DNA of 63,865 nucleotides, the filler included, from Saprolegnia diclina VS20 (lineage: Eukaryota), in assembly GCF_000281045.1 (NCBI RefSeq). It is 7 parts of 3 records of this genome, joined end to end, with 100 filler letters (N's around TTAATTAATTAA, not from the genome) between each part and the next. Parts side by side here need not be neighbours in the genome. Positions count along the whole stretch, not along the records: positions 19,088 to 42,101 come from NW_008246117.1; 6 more parts are not named here. One strand, given 5' to 3'. Below are positions 22,838 through 36,423 of this stretch, one piece after another. The stretch's first letter is position 1, and each line of letters begins with the position of its first letter. Under the pieces are notes generated by a model. The model saw nothing but the letters and a program-made list of their open reading frames with translations, ran no database searches and had not been told where the DNA came from. Both the position numbers and the translations under genes were made by a program.

Positions 22838-25800
22838 ATGCCAGCGCTCACGCGGGACGTGTACATCCGCATCGCGCCGCCGGGGCACCGCGGCCGCCGC
22901 ATCAACTGCAATGACTGCAGCGTCTACACATCGTCCTGTGACGCCTGCGTGAAGAAGCGAAAGCGCGCGAAACACAAGGCGGCACGGCAGCGCAAGATGA
23001 TCTGGGACGTCGACTCGCTCAACCCGCGCTGGGCCATTCCGCCTGCAATCAAAACCGAGCTACCTCAGCTTGTTCTCGGTACGTCGGTCGATATGAAATG
23101 CTATGGTTTGAGCAAATTGGGCGCGTAGAAAAAGGTGGGGGGGTCGCCCCCCGTGACGTCTTCTTGCAGTGCTCGGGTCTGACGCTGCCCCCACCACCGT
23201 CAGAAACGTCGTTTTCAACAGCCAAGCACTTGTTCTTGGCCTCCAATGCGGCACCCACGACTGGCAGTGTCAAACCGCGTACCTTTAGACCTGAATCCAC
23301 GCGCAAGTTCCTCATGGTGGTTCTAGTCGGGTTAGGGGAGATCAATCCGCTGTCCGACGACGAGCGCCACAACTATTTTGGCGCCACGGGGCGGCGGGTG
23401 CTCAAGCAAATCTACACAAAAATGGCGTCGCAGCAGGTCTTTTTGTGAATGATTGGACAGTCGCGTGCTGAATATTGTTTGTTCTAGTACTTGCAAATGG
23501 GAGGCACCGACGGGCTTGTCGACAAGTTCAAGTCCATGCTCGCATCGCAGAGCGAGCCGTCGCCAGACCCGATTGGCATGTTCAACGCCAAAGGTACGAG
23601 GTACCGCTTGGAAACTGCGTTTTACGAAGCCTAAGAGGCGCTCACGGCCCGGCACAAGTTTGTATCCATGTGCTTGGAGCATGAATTACCGCCGTGTCTC
23701 CGGCTCATTATTCGCAACAAGGTAAATTGCCGTTGTGCTATCGGCAAAACGGCTTACGTTTGTAGATTTCACCCGAAATCAACGTGTCGCACATGTCCAT
23801 GGGCGATGAATTGGCCAAAAGTACGCAACAAGTGCGGCATCGGCGGTGATCGAACCCTGTCCCTAGTTTTCAGTGCCTGCCTCGTCGAGCTACCGATGGT
23901 GCTATCGCTCAACGCGCGCAACAATCGCCTCACGGATCCAGGGCTCCAAGCCCTCGTCAATGTAGGCTGACGCTGCATCGCGACATACCACGGCTTCTCT
24001 CTACCTAGGTGGTTCGAAGCAAGCCCGATTTGGTCGCCCTCGACTTGTCTGAGAATAAAGTGGACGGTGACGCTGCGGAGGCGCTCGCCGAGTACCTTGG
24101 CAACCCGCTGTGCGGTCTTACGACGCTGATTCTCAGCACGTGCGACATTGGTGCCTCCTGGAGCGACACCGCCAGCGTCTAAATTGAGTGTGATTAGACG
24201 ATGGCGAGCTCATTCCGTTTGCGGACGCGATGAAAACCAACCGCATTTGCACAACGTTGAACCTGAGCCGCAATCTCATTGGGACCTCGGAAGCGCTCAA
24301 CGCGGTGCAGCCCGACTTGGTCACGGGAGGCGAGGCCCTTGCCGATATGCTGGCCGCCAACAAGTACGTTGTCATGCCTTACGCTCGTTTGGTGATGACA
24401 TATGTCTTGTAGTCATCTCACCAAGCTCGATTTATCGTGGAACGTACTGCGTCTCAATAGCGCCATTCAACTGGGGCGCGCCATCGGGCACAACTTTGGT
24501 ACCGCACAAAATGCTTGTCCGCCAAGTGTTGATCGTGCTGAAACAGGGCTAAAAGAACTCAACCTGAGCTATAATGCGTTTGGGAACCTTGGCGCCCAGG
24601 CCATCGGTACTATATGCGATGCAGAAATCCTATATTGATCTTGTCGTCATATTGCTATATTGCATCCTCGTAGGCTGCGCACTCCAAGAAAATTTTACCC
24701 TCGAGAAGCTCGACTTGTCCCAAAACAATATTCCTAGCAAGGCAGCGTTTGTGATTGCTCAAGCTCTCCACGTCAACAACACGCTAACGCAGCTTTGCAT
24801 GGACGGGAATCCTCTTGGTATAGTTCTATACAGATAGCGTACAATGCCCGCGTGTCAACGTCTTCGTTCTAGGTCGTATTGGGGGACGCACATTGCTGCA
24901 GTCCATCTCGAGCGCGAGCGACAAAGTGCTCTCCATCTCTGTCGTTGGGTGCGCTGGGATCGCTTCAGTAAACGTTTATGTGCTCATCTGGCGAAAATGC
25001 TAGGTGCAATTTTGACATTGACGATTCGAGTCTTTTTGACCCGCAAGATGCGACGGTACATATTGAAAAGCAAAATGTACAAATCGGTATTGAATGCGTG
25101 TATACGTAGGGAAAATACGACTTGGACATGGCCGAGCCATACGATCGCGCGATTGCTTGCGAGCTCTTGCGGTTTGCCAATTCGAAAAAAGGCTGCCGCT
25201 TTCTATCCTTCGTGCACCAAGTGGACAAGGTTTCGTTGTCGTTTGCGTTGAAAGTACATTATGATTATTGGACTAGACCACGCGCGATCTCAAGGTCGAG
25301 TACCAAGAAGTCGGCAGGGCACGCGCACAGCTCATTCGGCGGTCCTCGTCGCACATGGTCCTTCGCGGCAAAGTGCCTCAAGACAAGCTGGAAAAGCTGT
25401 TTCAGTACATTGCCGATGCGTTGTTGCTGCAGATGACACGTTGAGTAGAACCCTCGATGCGGATGGCTCTGGCAACATTGAAGCCACGGAGCTGGAGCGT
25501 GGCATGGCCGCGTTGGGCGTGCGCTTGCAGCCGGGGGAAGCCACTCGGTATGTTTTGCTTGCATTTTGTGCACGAATATTATTAACCATGCACTCGACTA
25601 GTCTCGTGACGCGCTATGATGTGGACGGCACGGGCACGATGGAATTTCCGGAATTTGTCGACTTGATGTCCCAATATTACTTTGACGACAAGCCGACAAT
25701 GGAGTGGATCGACACGACGTCGGGCTTACCTCTCTCAATTCCCAAGGAAGGTCGCCTCAAGGTACACAAATCTAGTGGTTTTACCACTCGTTTCTTATTT

Positions 25801-27921
25801 TTCCACCAGATTGACTTCATCGATCTGCACATCCCGTCCGAGGCCGACGAAGCCGAGTCCAAGCTCGGCGTCGAGCAGCTCATTGAAAACATCAAAGCCG
25901 ATCCGAACCAAGTGAATTTGATCAAATTGGCCAAAAGTATGCAATCTTATCAAGTTGATATTCGACGTATCTCTGCTAGATGGACTGCACGTGCGTCAGA
26001 ACGAAGGGCAAATGCTTTTGGACACGCTCGTGTCTAAAATGGACATTGTCGAAGCCCTTGCCCTCATCCTTCCCCACGTCGTACGACACTTATCAACTTG
26101 ATTTGTCCTTACTGACACGTAGGTCGACCCCAACCACGCGTGCCCACTGATCGAGTCGAACGTGAATGCGGCCCAGCGCTTGCGCCTGCAGACTGTGCTC
26201 AAAGACATGTGCGTCGATTTTTCGTACAAAATAATTTGAGAATATTGTCTTAGGTACGGCCCCGTCGTGGGCCTGGCCACGGGGCATTACTCGCTCGACC
26301 TCGCCGACGACATTGACCGCGCCACGTTTCGAAAAGTTCATTTTTCATGTTTCCTCGTGAATGCCAATGCGACAATCCTTTAGGTCATGGAAATCAACAA
26401 CAAAATCATGTATTACCGGCGCACCAACAACTTCAAGGACACGAGTCAGCACGAAAACCACATGGGGTTCCGCAACGAGATCTACAACAACAAGAAAATC
26501 GAGATTACGACCACGTTTTGTGACAAGTTGCCGAAATTTGGCATGCTCGACTTTGATTTTGTCCAGTTGTCGCGACCCAAGTCCGGTACAATACGACGCC
26601 ATAGCCCTATGCACGGGTATCATTTGATTGGCTTTGCCTTCGATCTAGGCATTCTGCCCATGTCCGACAACCGCTTCCAACAGCTCATCTCCAAGCTCTG
26701 CTTGGACGCGTTGGATCGCGCCTCGCCCGAGAGTCGCCGTCGGGCGCCTAGTCCCGCGACAACGGGGCGTCGCCTAAGTCCGTTCGCATACGACTTTCTT
26801 CTCGAGCTGCAAGCAAGCACTGTGCGCATTTCGGAACTCTACGTACGTCGACATTTTTGTGTGTCAGACGTTACATGGTTCACAGTCGCGCGATGTATCG
26901 ACGCCGCTTGTGATTCCGGGCGCGGTCGTGTCCCCAGAAGCGCCACGCCAGGTGCGTTGCATGATTGGGTGCGACCGGACGGCGCAATTTATTGTTGGAT
27001 GTAGATTAGCTTTACGGGCCGCCGGTTGCTCATGGAGCTCCAAGCGCTCTTTTGCACGCGGTGGGTCACGACAAGTCAAGTCCGCTTCATCCTGGAGCGC
27101 TGGCCCATGGACTTTGGCACGACGCGCGTCGATGCCGTACGCGTCATCGCATCTCGGTCGACGTAGAGCACAATATGATATAGGCGCTCACGCTCTTTGA
27201 TCGGACACTGGATTTGTACAACTATGTCCAAGTGCTGTGGACGCTCTCCGACACGGAGGTCGCGCAGCTCATTTTTCGACTCGGCTGGCTCAACCTCTGG
27301 AGTCCGCTCTACCCGGACATTTACTTTGGTAGACCCTTCAACACACGTTTGTCGCTGAGAGGCCGGTGTAGAGCTCGACTTGACGATCTACGAACAGCGC
27401 GAGGTCTCCAAAGTGCTCGTGCAGCTTGCGCTCGACGAGCCAGGTACGTCGGCTCATCGAATGTGACGACATTCAAGCCGCGGCTTAGGTGAAAACTGGC
27501 AAGACGCTCGGTTTGGCTGGTCGCGCGACGTGCCGATTCCGGGCTGGGTCCTCAACATGTCGTGGCTCACGCCGGGCCTTTACCCAGAAAAAGGATACCT
27601 CTCGGTCGAGTACTACTCGGGTGCAGACAAAGGTACGACGCATTTCTAAATTCTCGATCTGGATACGATGTCTGGTATTTGATAGGTTGTGGTCCGGTGT
27701 GGCCGACGCGCCTCAAGGCCATGAGCGAGGTGCTGGCCGAGCCTCCTATCTTCGATGCGTTTCTCGCGCAGCTCGTCAAGCCAAAGCGAGTTTCGCGAAA
27801 GAAAACCGAGTCGGACCGCAAGCAAACGCCGGATGGGCTGCTCACGCGCCGTTCGAATCCGTCCCGCGACGGCTCGGAGCGGGCGACGACACCGCCATCC
27901 GCTCGACTACAAACCAAGTGA
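22838..27921 (+). CDS. Large RNI-type LRR protein with an EF-hand pair, many introns; 3' end approximate
   Basis: LRRs LSLNARNNRLTDPGL, LDLSENKV, LNLSRNLIG, LDLSWN, LNLSYNAFG and LDLSQNNI; EF-hands DADGSGNIEATE and DVDGTGTMEFPEF. Confidence 0.8.
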
Positions 27922-28886
27922 GAGTTAAAAGTAGAGAATTTAGAACTAGTATGCGTTTTGCATCGATGATCATTCTTGAAAAAACTAGTGGGGCAGTCAG
28001 CGGCAAACTTGGACGCCTGGAGCACTATTGGTGGCCAAAATGGTCATGTGCCATCGCACGCCGCCACGTCATGATGGCCTGGCAAAACGACGGTTTCAGC
28101 CAATCCAACGCGACCTCGAGAATAATGCTCTAATAAAATTGATAATCGTCCACACCTCATCGACAGCCACGAATACGGCATGAAATGTATGTGAATGCCA
28201 ACCTCAAAGCCTACATGCGAGCTACTTGGTTCAATACCTCAAGCACGCATCGAGGTTCACCTAGTGAGTACGGCAGGATATGTATTTATAGAGTATTTTG
28301 AAATAAGAACTCTTGTCTAACTATAATTGCTTATATAGTTTGTAACAGGTACTCCGTTTGAAAGGTCTTTTCCATTGCGTCGACAGCAGCTACCAAATGA
28401 ACCTCGTACGCCGCGACTCTGGCTGAGTTAAAACATGGGAATATCCCTCGAGTTAAATCTCCTCGAGTTGTTCCCAAGCTAGAAGACGAGCGCAAAGAGG
28501 AAGCCACCGCGAATGTTGACGCAAGCGCTGGTCACAAGGAGCTTCGCCGCGATGAAGCGGCCATCAAGCCAATACAGAGCCCCCTCGCTATCTGATGCGT
28601 CTTCGCTTGGCATCGTTGCCCTCGTGTCATGGAGCTCGTCTGCTCTTTGTTGTCAATGAGCTAGCTACTACTGCAACTGCGCTCGTTTTTGCGTCCGAAA
28701 TGTCGTTGGCGCGGAATTATTAGCTGGCGCCACGCGTCTGAAACGGGATGCAACATGCAAATCAGCTTACAATCAACGAGTATAGCACAGTAATCTTACT
28801 GTTTGTATGTCATTGTATGCATTTTCGCCTCTGACGTCGCTTTCGGCTTGGGCTTGACACAACTCGCTTTGCACCCAAGGCGGCGG

Positions 28887-30341
28887 ATGGCGTCGCCCGC
28901 TGCCCGCGATGCTTCGTCGCTCAAGGGCAACCTCATGATCCTCTCGTACGGCCTCATGGAGTGGGCCGGCCAGAAGGTCGACGCAACCGTCGTCACACCC
29001 TGTACGTCCGCCATGTCCTAATGCGCTGACTTTGCCCCTAGGCGCGCAGATGATCTCGGGCTCGATCGCCAACCCATATGTGCTCAGCGGCAAGATCTGG
29101 GATACGCTCAAAGAGAACACACCGCAGCGCGCCCGCGACGTCTCGCGCCTCTTGAGCCTCGCGATCTCCAATTCCGCGCTCGTCCTCGGCAGCGACAACT
29201 CGGTCGAGTGGAGTGCGTCAACAAGGGTATCTATCTCTTGCTAGGGCGCCACGTAACGAGCACTGCGTTAGGCGCTGCGTGACCATACGCTTGCGATGGC
29301 GGCGACGCCAGAAGGCCAAGCTGTTGTTCAAGACTGCGTCGCGACGGTCGCCAAGGTAGCGGCCAATCGGCAAATGTCGCAGTATCTTCACCGCTGTCGG
29401 GTGTAGACGTGCCAAGCACTCAACACGCCAGAGACCAAGGCGGCGACCAAGCAGCTGGCGTCGGCCGTGCAGAGCTGGATCCAAATGCTCGCGACACCCG
29501 AGGTCTGTTCCGCGGGCTTCGACATGAGGCCTATGACGCTGCTGCGTACTAGGGTCTAAAGGTCATTGACGGCTTTGGCGACTGGTGCAACCACCTGACG
29601 GACGTGGCTGCGTCGCCCGAGAGCACGATTTTCCTTCTCGAGGTCGCCACCAACCTCTGTCACGTCCTGTCGTCCGACTCGACCCGGTAGCGTGACGTTA
29701 TGCGATGACAGCACATGGCCAAACGATCTCTCCTTAGCGAACGCCCCCGCGATCAAGTGACCAAGGAGCTCGAGGAGCTCATGCTGTCCAAGTTCAACAT
29801 GAGCGCGACACCCGCCACCGCTGCTACCGACGAGGCGCCGCGCGAAGATGCGGCCGAAGATGCGGCTGAAGACGATGACCACGCGGACGATGACGCGGCG
29901 CTCAGCGACAATGAGACGGACATGGCTGACACGGACAGCGTCACGTCACGCTTCAGCATTGCGTTCAGCGGTGACGGCGACGAGGACGACGAGAACGACG
30001 AAGCACCTGCCGAAACACCGATGCCCAAGTACACGAGCGACGCAACACATGCAACGATCCGCCAGCGCCACGTGCGTCGACTGACCAACCAAGCTATCCG
30101 CAACGTACTATCTCAATTGTTGGAGAATATTGTCATCGATTGTGCATAGGTGCCCCGACGCAGCGCGCGGTCGCTGGCGCTGGCGACGACCTTGCGTGCG
30201 CACCGACGCAAGCCGACGGTCGCGGCGCCGATCTCGCCCTTGGACGATCTGGCGTGTCGCGCGCTCAGCATCGTCTTTGTGATCTTTGTCGCCCTCGCCG
30301 CTCTCATTGTGCTCTTGGCCATGGTCCGACTGCTCTTGTAA
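28887..30341 (+). CDS. Hypothetical protein with acidic region and C-terminal TM anchor, multi-exon
   Basis: Codon-biased exons (MASPAARD..., GAQMISGSIANPY..., the D/E-rich 29715-30104 region, and ALSIVFVIFVALAALIVLLAMVRLLL*) are separated by GT-AG introns. Confidence 0.6.
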
Positions 30342-31430
30342 GTCGACATAATAAGAGCGCACTTACTGAGGACGTTGTGTGCATCCTTCATGCAACGCGA
30401 CAGAAATGCGTCGACCGCGCCGCTAGACTTGAGTACTACAGTACTTGGACAGGCAGTCGGTGGAAGGCCTTTGCCGCACCACAACAACGGAATCGTGAGT
30501 TATGGCAAAAGTCTCGGGCGAGACCATCGCAGTCCTACTAGTAGGAGTGGAGCGCCTTGGTTGTGTTCAACACTGCCGGGAGGTTGCCACTGCTGTCTTC
30601 CAGTGAGTGCGTCGGAACGTCCATGGTGTGTGACGTCGCGCCAAGGGCACCATTGCGCGCTGACGTCGGTCGACTCGATCTATGATGCACCATGGTGCGT
30701 GGTGACGGCTTGCGAAGGTATCGCAACGGACAATGGTGGCCACACTCTAAGGCACAACGCTAGAGATAGCAACTTTTCAACATCGAGTTTGCCCTTTGGC
30801 GCCAAGTGGAGGCTGCATGCTCCTGCTTTCAGCGCCAGGAGGGCGGGACGATCCACCCATGTAGGCAACGGAACAAAGATCTGCGTCGCATGGGGCTCGC
30901 GTGGGCTTGGCGCCAACGCCCATGCTTTTTTGGCCAATCCAGGCAACGTATGCCAAGTCATCGAAACGGATTGGTCAAAGCAAAATAGCAACTGGAGCGT
31001 GGGCGAGTGCCATCAACGTGCGCATTTTTCGGGTCCTTGTCGACAGCACGGCTGCAGTCGACTTCATTCGATAGAGCCGTTCCGGCCCGCTCCTAGCACG
31101 CGCGACCTCGACTTGAACCAAGCAGCTGCAAAGCATTGCCCAAGTCGATCCGCAACGAAGTCGCTGTTGAACTTTTTTGCATTTCCCCCAATGGCCTTGT
31201 CGTCTGCCACTGCACGTTGTTTGATTGGCTTGAAAATAAAATTTAACAGTCAATCAACGTGTCGAATGCGCCAATGCGAGCTGCGATTGGTTGAAATAAG
31301 CTGACAAAGCGCACTTAATCGGGTAGAAAGTGCGCTCGCACTTGATCGATTCGTCTCGAACGACCCAATTGCGTGGCTGGTCGAGCACTGGTGGCTGCTA
31401 TTGCTGACTTGTTGGGATCAAAGACGAGCG

Positions 31431-32473
31431 ATGTTGGCGTACCTCGCGAAGCACGGCTCGTTCAAGGTCCTCGCGACGTCGTCCGCGACGTCCGTGCCCC
31501 TGCCCGAGCTCTCGGAGGCCCCGGAGGACCTCTCGACCAACTCGCTCGTGGCCGCCGTCGAGGCCATCGAGAAGGCGCACAAGTCGCTGCCGCACCCGGG
31601 CACCTTTGAGAACGTCCTCGGCGAGGTCAAGTCGGTCTTGATGCCTGGCACGTTCGAGGGCTTCCGCTTCGACTTCCAGCGCAACCTTGGCCCGCGCTTC
31701 GCTGTCAACCACGCGCTCCTCCTCGGCTGCCCGCAGATCCCCGGCGGCGTCTACCAGTTCGGCGCGACGACGGTCGTCGGCGACGGCCCTGAACCCATGC
31801 TCGTACGTCGTTCTCACTATCTGTGTGCACGGCGCTTAGCGACTGTGTCTCATATTAGCTCCGCGGCCAAGTCTCGCACGATGGCTCGGTCGATGCGCGC
31901 TGGCATGCGCGCCTCAGCGACCACTTCAAGATGCGCGCGCAGGCGCAGCTCAAGCAGGAAGCGCATGCGTCGCAGGCGATGGTCGACATTGACTTTAGCG
32001 CGGCCGACTGCTCGGCCAACTTGAAGGTCGGCAACGGCCTCCTCCTCGGTGTCAACTACCTGCAGAGCGTCACGAAGGAGTGGGCGATCGGCGGTGAGGG
32101 CTACTACTACGGCAAGCACCGCAAGACGATCGCGTCGTATGTGGCCAAGTACACGGATGCCAAGTGGACCGGCATTGCCTCGTACGGTTCGCAGGGCACG
32201 CTCCAGCTGCACTACCTCCGCAAGGTCTCGGACCGCGTCCGGCTCGCGACCGAGCTCGTGTACAACGCGCCGTCGGGCGAGGCTGCGAGCACGCTCGGTG
32301 TCGAGGTCGACTTGCGCCAAACGCGCTTCGTTTCGAGCATCGACCACACGTTCAAGCTCGCGACGTCGCTCGAGTGCAAGGTGCTGCCGCAGCTCCAGCT
32401 GCTCCTCTCAGCCGAAGGCACGCCGGCCGCGGACGACCTGAAGTTTGGCTATGGCTTTCAATTTATGATGTAA
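31431..32473 (+). CDS. TOM40: Mitochondrial outer-membrane translocase channel Tom40, 2 exons
   Basis: LPHPGTFENV...FEGFRFD...FAVNH...YQFGAT, GVNYLQSVT, YLRKVSDRVRLATEL and the C-terminal beta-signal KFGYGFQF; intron 31803-31858. Confidence 0.92.
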
Positions 32474-33362
32474 ATAGCAAGAACGATCAATAGAGAACGA
32501 CGATGACTAGGTGGACCGTGGAGAATAGCAAACGTGTACGCTTGTTTTGTGCACAATATTGTGTTGTGTTGCTCGCCCTGCACACGCAGTACCAGGAGGC
32601 CCGGCGAGCTACATGTTTGATCGGTCAAGTCGTCGATGTTGGTGCGACTGTCGGGCTCGAGACACCTGTTGACAGTGCAGTGTGCAAGGTCGATGCTGTC
32701 TCAACAATGGCCGACTGTTGTGCATCAAAGCGAGCAGTGAACCAAGGGCGACTGCGTCTCCTGCTATCGAGAGGGGTGAGCGAAGTACGTTGTAGAACCT
32801 ACGACACGCGACGTACTTGGTACTGCATCAAGGGCTGCGCACGCGGCCACCCACGGTCATTTCTACTTCATGCCGCATTGGCACTGGTTGAAGCACTGTT
32901 GAAGTGCGTCGGTGTTAACGGCGGAGCGCGGCTATCCGCAACAATGCAATAGAGGTCGGACACGCAACGTACGCTACGAGCCACACAGTCCAGTTGCCAT
33001 GCGGTGGCGCACCACGTGTATATCCCTTCTCAGCGCCTCTCTACCGTCCATGTGCCGACGACCATCATTCGGTATTCCCTTAAAAAGTACTCGATGGCGC
33101 GGCTCCCTTCCAATTCACATCTCAATGCAACGACAACGCGACCAAGTAGCACATATTTTGGCTCTCTGTGTGCAGAATACCAAGAGAGATCCCTCGTTTA
33201 TCGTGTGATCTATCAAAGAGCTCGTGCAACGTCTGCAGTTCAGACGAGACACCGCGATGGTGTACTTGAGTGTGGGAATCGCAGGGGCTGGAAATTTTCA
33301 ATCCTGACAGGTGGAAGAAAGCGTTTGAGACCAAGCGAAGATGTAGCATTCTGTGATTCGCC

Positions 33363-33779
33363 ATGGGCTGCACGCACTCGTCGTCGGCCGTGAACACTTC
33401 GTCGGCGCTGGTGCCGACAACCGCGCCGATTGCGCCACCCCAAAAGGTCTACCTCCTCTCGTCCTACTCGATCGACGAGACTGGCGTCGTGCTCTACCAC
33501 ATCACGTCGGACGAAATCGTGGTCACCAAACGCTTTACGGACTTCAAGCTCTTTCACCACGACATGAGCTTGCTCATTGAAGACTTGCCGCCGCTGCCCG
33601 AGGCCGGTCTCCGCACGTACTGGCGCCGACACGACGTCGCGATGATCGAGTCCCGGCGCGAGCGCTTCCAGGAGTTCATCAACTACGTCGTCGCCTTTGA
33701 CGACGAAATTCTCAACTCGGCGCTCGAAGTGTTTTGCGCCGTTCGACTCGGCGTCAGCGATGACGCCGACTTGTACTAG
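33363..33779 (+). CDS. PX-domain protein with N-terminal MGC acylation motif (copy 1)
   Basis: MGCTHSS; GVVLYHI, KRFTDFKLFH, LPPLP, ESRRERFQEFI. Confidence 0.8.
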   Translation: MGCTHSSSAVNTSSALVPTTAPIAPPQKVYLLSSYSIDETGVVLYHITSDEIVVTKRFTDFKLFHHDMSLLIEDLPPLPEAGLRTYWRRHDVAMIESRRERFQEFINYVVAFDDEILNSALEVFCAVRLGVSDDADLY

Positions 33780-35619
33780 GCATTGGCGCCATGTAGAATA
33801 CTTGTACTCTAGTCGCATAGTAGAATCATATAACTTAGGTTTTTAGCCCTTGATGGTCGTCTGTGTCAACGTGTCGGCGGCGCTGGGGACCTGGCGCCAC
33901 CGACGACGCGTGTGTGCTGGTGCGATCGTTTCCTTGCCTGACTCTGCGAGCTTCGAGAGCTGGCAGGCGCAGCGAGCTCTCAGCGAGAAGGGCCGAGCAT
34001 GTCGCCTGGAAGAGCTGCGTTTTGTCCGTCGAGAGGTCCCGACCAGACCAAAGCGGTCGCTACGGCTGCAGGAGCGGCGCCTACACGAGACCAGAAGATC
34101 GTAGCTTGCAGAGTCGAGGTACCAGCAACGTCCACGACCGACAACCGCAGCAATGATGCGGCGCGCACATGTGGTATCGCATCCAACAAATGCGTGTTCG
34201 CCATCGACGACACCAAGATGTCATCACGACTGAAACAAGGGACGGGAATACCGTGAGGAGGTCAGTGAATGTCGAGAGCTTGCTCACCGAGTGGCTGAGG
34301 ACCAAGAGAGCAAGCCGACTCTGGACGTCGACCAATGGCTCCATCGACCGAGTCAGCGCCACTTTCGGTTTGGCTCGAGCTACATGCCAGTTATCACCAA
34401 AGTACATTCAGAAGCACAATGTGCCGATGCTGTGGCGACGAAGCCACGCTTAGGTCATTGGGTGGCACAAGCCACAGCAGAGGCAGCGCCAGCGTCGTGG
34501 TCTATACATGCGCAGAGCGCGATTTGACCCGAGCTTTCGGGAATAACCCAGCGCTGGAACGACAGATCCAGCGTGGGCGATCGATTATCTTATGTAGCAG
34601 AAATGAACTCGACATTGCCCGTGGCAACAAGGAGCATCGAACGGTGCCATTCCATCGACAAGAAGTCACAGAGTAATATTGTTCGTGCGAGGTATCTCTT
34701 GAACTGAGGCTATATTACACAGCTCTGCAACTTGCAATGTGTGGTGGCTTCCGCAGTGCAACGCAAACAACGCAGCGAGGGGAGAGCCATCTCCCAGGAA
34801 GCAGGCAGTTGTATTGTGTTACGCCACGAAGGCAGATTGGGAACTGAGACTATGGAGGCCAGCGTTGTGGATAGAACGATAGGCTGTGCCGGATGAGACC
34901 TTCGTCAAGAGGCTCTATGATGGGTCACTACCGTATAGGGTCGCTACCGGACATCATCCGTATATGGCACCTAAGCACTATCCTATCTACACCACGCACA
35001 CAAGCTACCAAGACTCTAGGCTTCTCGCTTTCTGGAGTCATAACTCTCCAGCGATACGCGCTTGCATCGGCCTGGCATGGCTTGACCGAACCAGACACAA
35101 CAAATGACGCCAGCCCGTCTTGTCGGTTTGTGGTTGCTCGTGGTCGAAGTAGCCGCAGGAGCACCTGCCGCTCAAGAAAAATGAGCCCACGATGCGGGTA
35201 TCATGGCGTCGCAGGCTTCTTTCGATGACGNNNNNNNNNNNNNNNNNNNNNNNNNNNNNNNNNNNNNNNNNNNNNNNNNNNNNNNNNNNNNNNNNNNNNN
35301 NNNNNNNNNNNNNNNNNNNNNNNNNNNNNNNNNNNNNNNNNNNNNNNNNNNNNNNNNNNNNNNNNNNNNNNNNNNNNNNNNNNNNNNNNNNNNNCATCGG
35401 CGTGTTCTTTTGCAGCGTCTTTGCGGCAAGTCGTCGGGTGCAACGCCATGCTGCATTACTGCTGCCACGACACTGCTGGCGTACGTGGGCTGTCGTGACA
35501 CGAAGTCCACTCTAGCGACCACTGACCCGCCGCATACTGTACACCGACTAAGAGAAAAGACTAAGAATGAAGAGTGCAAATATCCTAGGGTGCTATTAAT
35601 TAGTCGAAAGGCCGGTCGC

Positions 35620-36423
35620 TTAGGCGACGACGGGCGCGGCTTCCGGCGTCTTCTCGACAACAACCTTCTTTTCTTCGTCGGCAGCGGCCACGACGACGGG
35701 CTTCTTCTCCTCGACGACGGGCTCGGCCGTGACGTCGATCGGGGCTTCGACCGGCGCGACGACCTCCTTGGGGGCAGCAACCTCCGGGACGACTTCGGGC
35801 ACAGGCGCGACCTCCTCCGTCTTGGGCGCTTCCTCAGCAACGACTTCCGTGGCAGCGACAGCCTCCGTGGCAGCGACAGCCTCCGTGGCAGCGACGACTT
35901 CCGTGGCAGCGACGACTTCCGTGGCCGGGGCAGCCTCGACGACGGGCTCGGGCGCCGGCGTCAAGAACACAATGACGCGGTCCGACGCGCCCTTGGCGGC
36001 AGCGACGTTGAGGATGTCTTCGAAGCGCGCAATGCGCTCCTGGATGAGCTTCTCGTCCGTGCGCTTGAACACCGTGGAGAAGCCAGCGACCGGAAGAGCG
36101 GGAAGGCCCGAGACGTCGGCGAGCGTCGCGTGGAGGACCTTGAAGTCGTTGAAGCGCTTCGTGATCGAGAGGCCTTCGCCCGAGATGTGGTACACGACGA
36201 CCTTGGCCTCGACCGACGTCGACGCGATCGTAAACTTCTTCTCGATGATTTCTTCTTCGACCTTGGCCTCGACGACGGGCTCTTCAGGCGTCTCCTTGAC
36301 CTCGGCGACTTCGGTGGCAGCGACCTCGGTCGTGACTTCGGTGGCGGCGACTTCCGTGGCCGGGACGTCGGCGACGACGGGCTCGGTCGTGGCGGCGGCG
36401 GTGGTCGATTGCGTGCAACCCAT
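35620..36423 (-). CDS. PX-domain protein, MGC start, V/A/E/T-rich repeats (copy 2)
   Basis: MGCTQST; VVVYHI, KRFNDFKVLH, LPALP, QERIARFEDIL; VAATE repeats on both sides of the domain. Confidence 0.85.
   Translation of the reverse strand: MGCTQSTTAAATTEPVVADVPATEVAATEVTTEVAATEVAEVKETPEEPVVEAKVEEEIIEKKFTIASTSVEAKVVVYHISGEGLSITKRFNDFKVLHATLADVSGLPALPVAGFSTVFKRTDEKLIQERIARFEDILNVAAAKGASDRVIVFLTPAPEPVVEAAPATEVVAATEVVAATEAVAATEAVAATEVVAEEAPKTEEVAPVPEVVPEVAAPKEVVAPVEAPIDVTAEPVVEEKKPVVVAAADEEKKVVVEKTPEAAPVVA
35838..35925. repeat. 18-bp coding minisatellite (cgac[ga/ag]c[t/c]tccgtggcag-like, ~5 units) encoding (V/A)VAATE
   Basis: tccgtggcagcgac recurs every 18 bp inside PX copy 2. Confidence 0.85.

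Noticed and set aside
27960..28600. Possible extra exons or small gene after the LRR/EF-hand gene
   Set aside because: I could not build a consistent spliced frame or recognise any motif.
30375..31304. 309-aa ORF upstream of Tom40
   Set aside because: It has a non-ATG start, no codon bias and no motif, and overlaps promoter-like sequence.
35838..35925. CRISPR-like array
   Set aside because: It is a coding minisatellite without unique spacers, in a eukaryotic gene.
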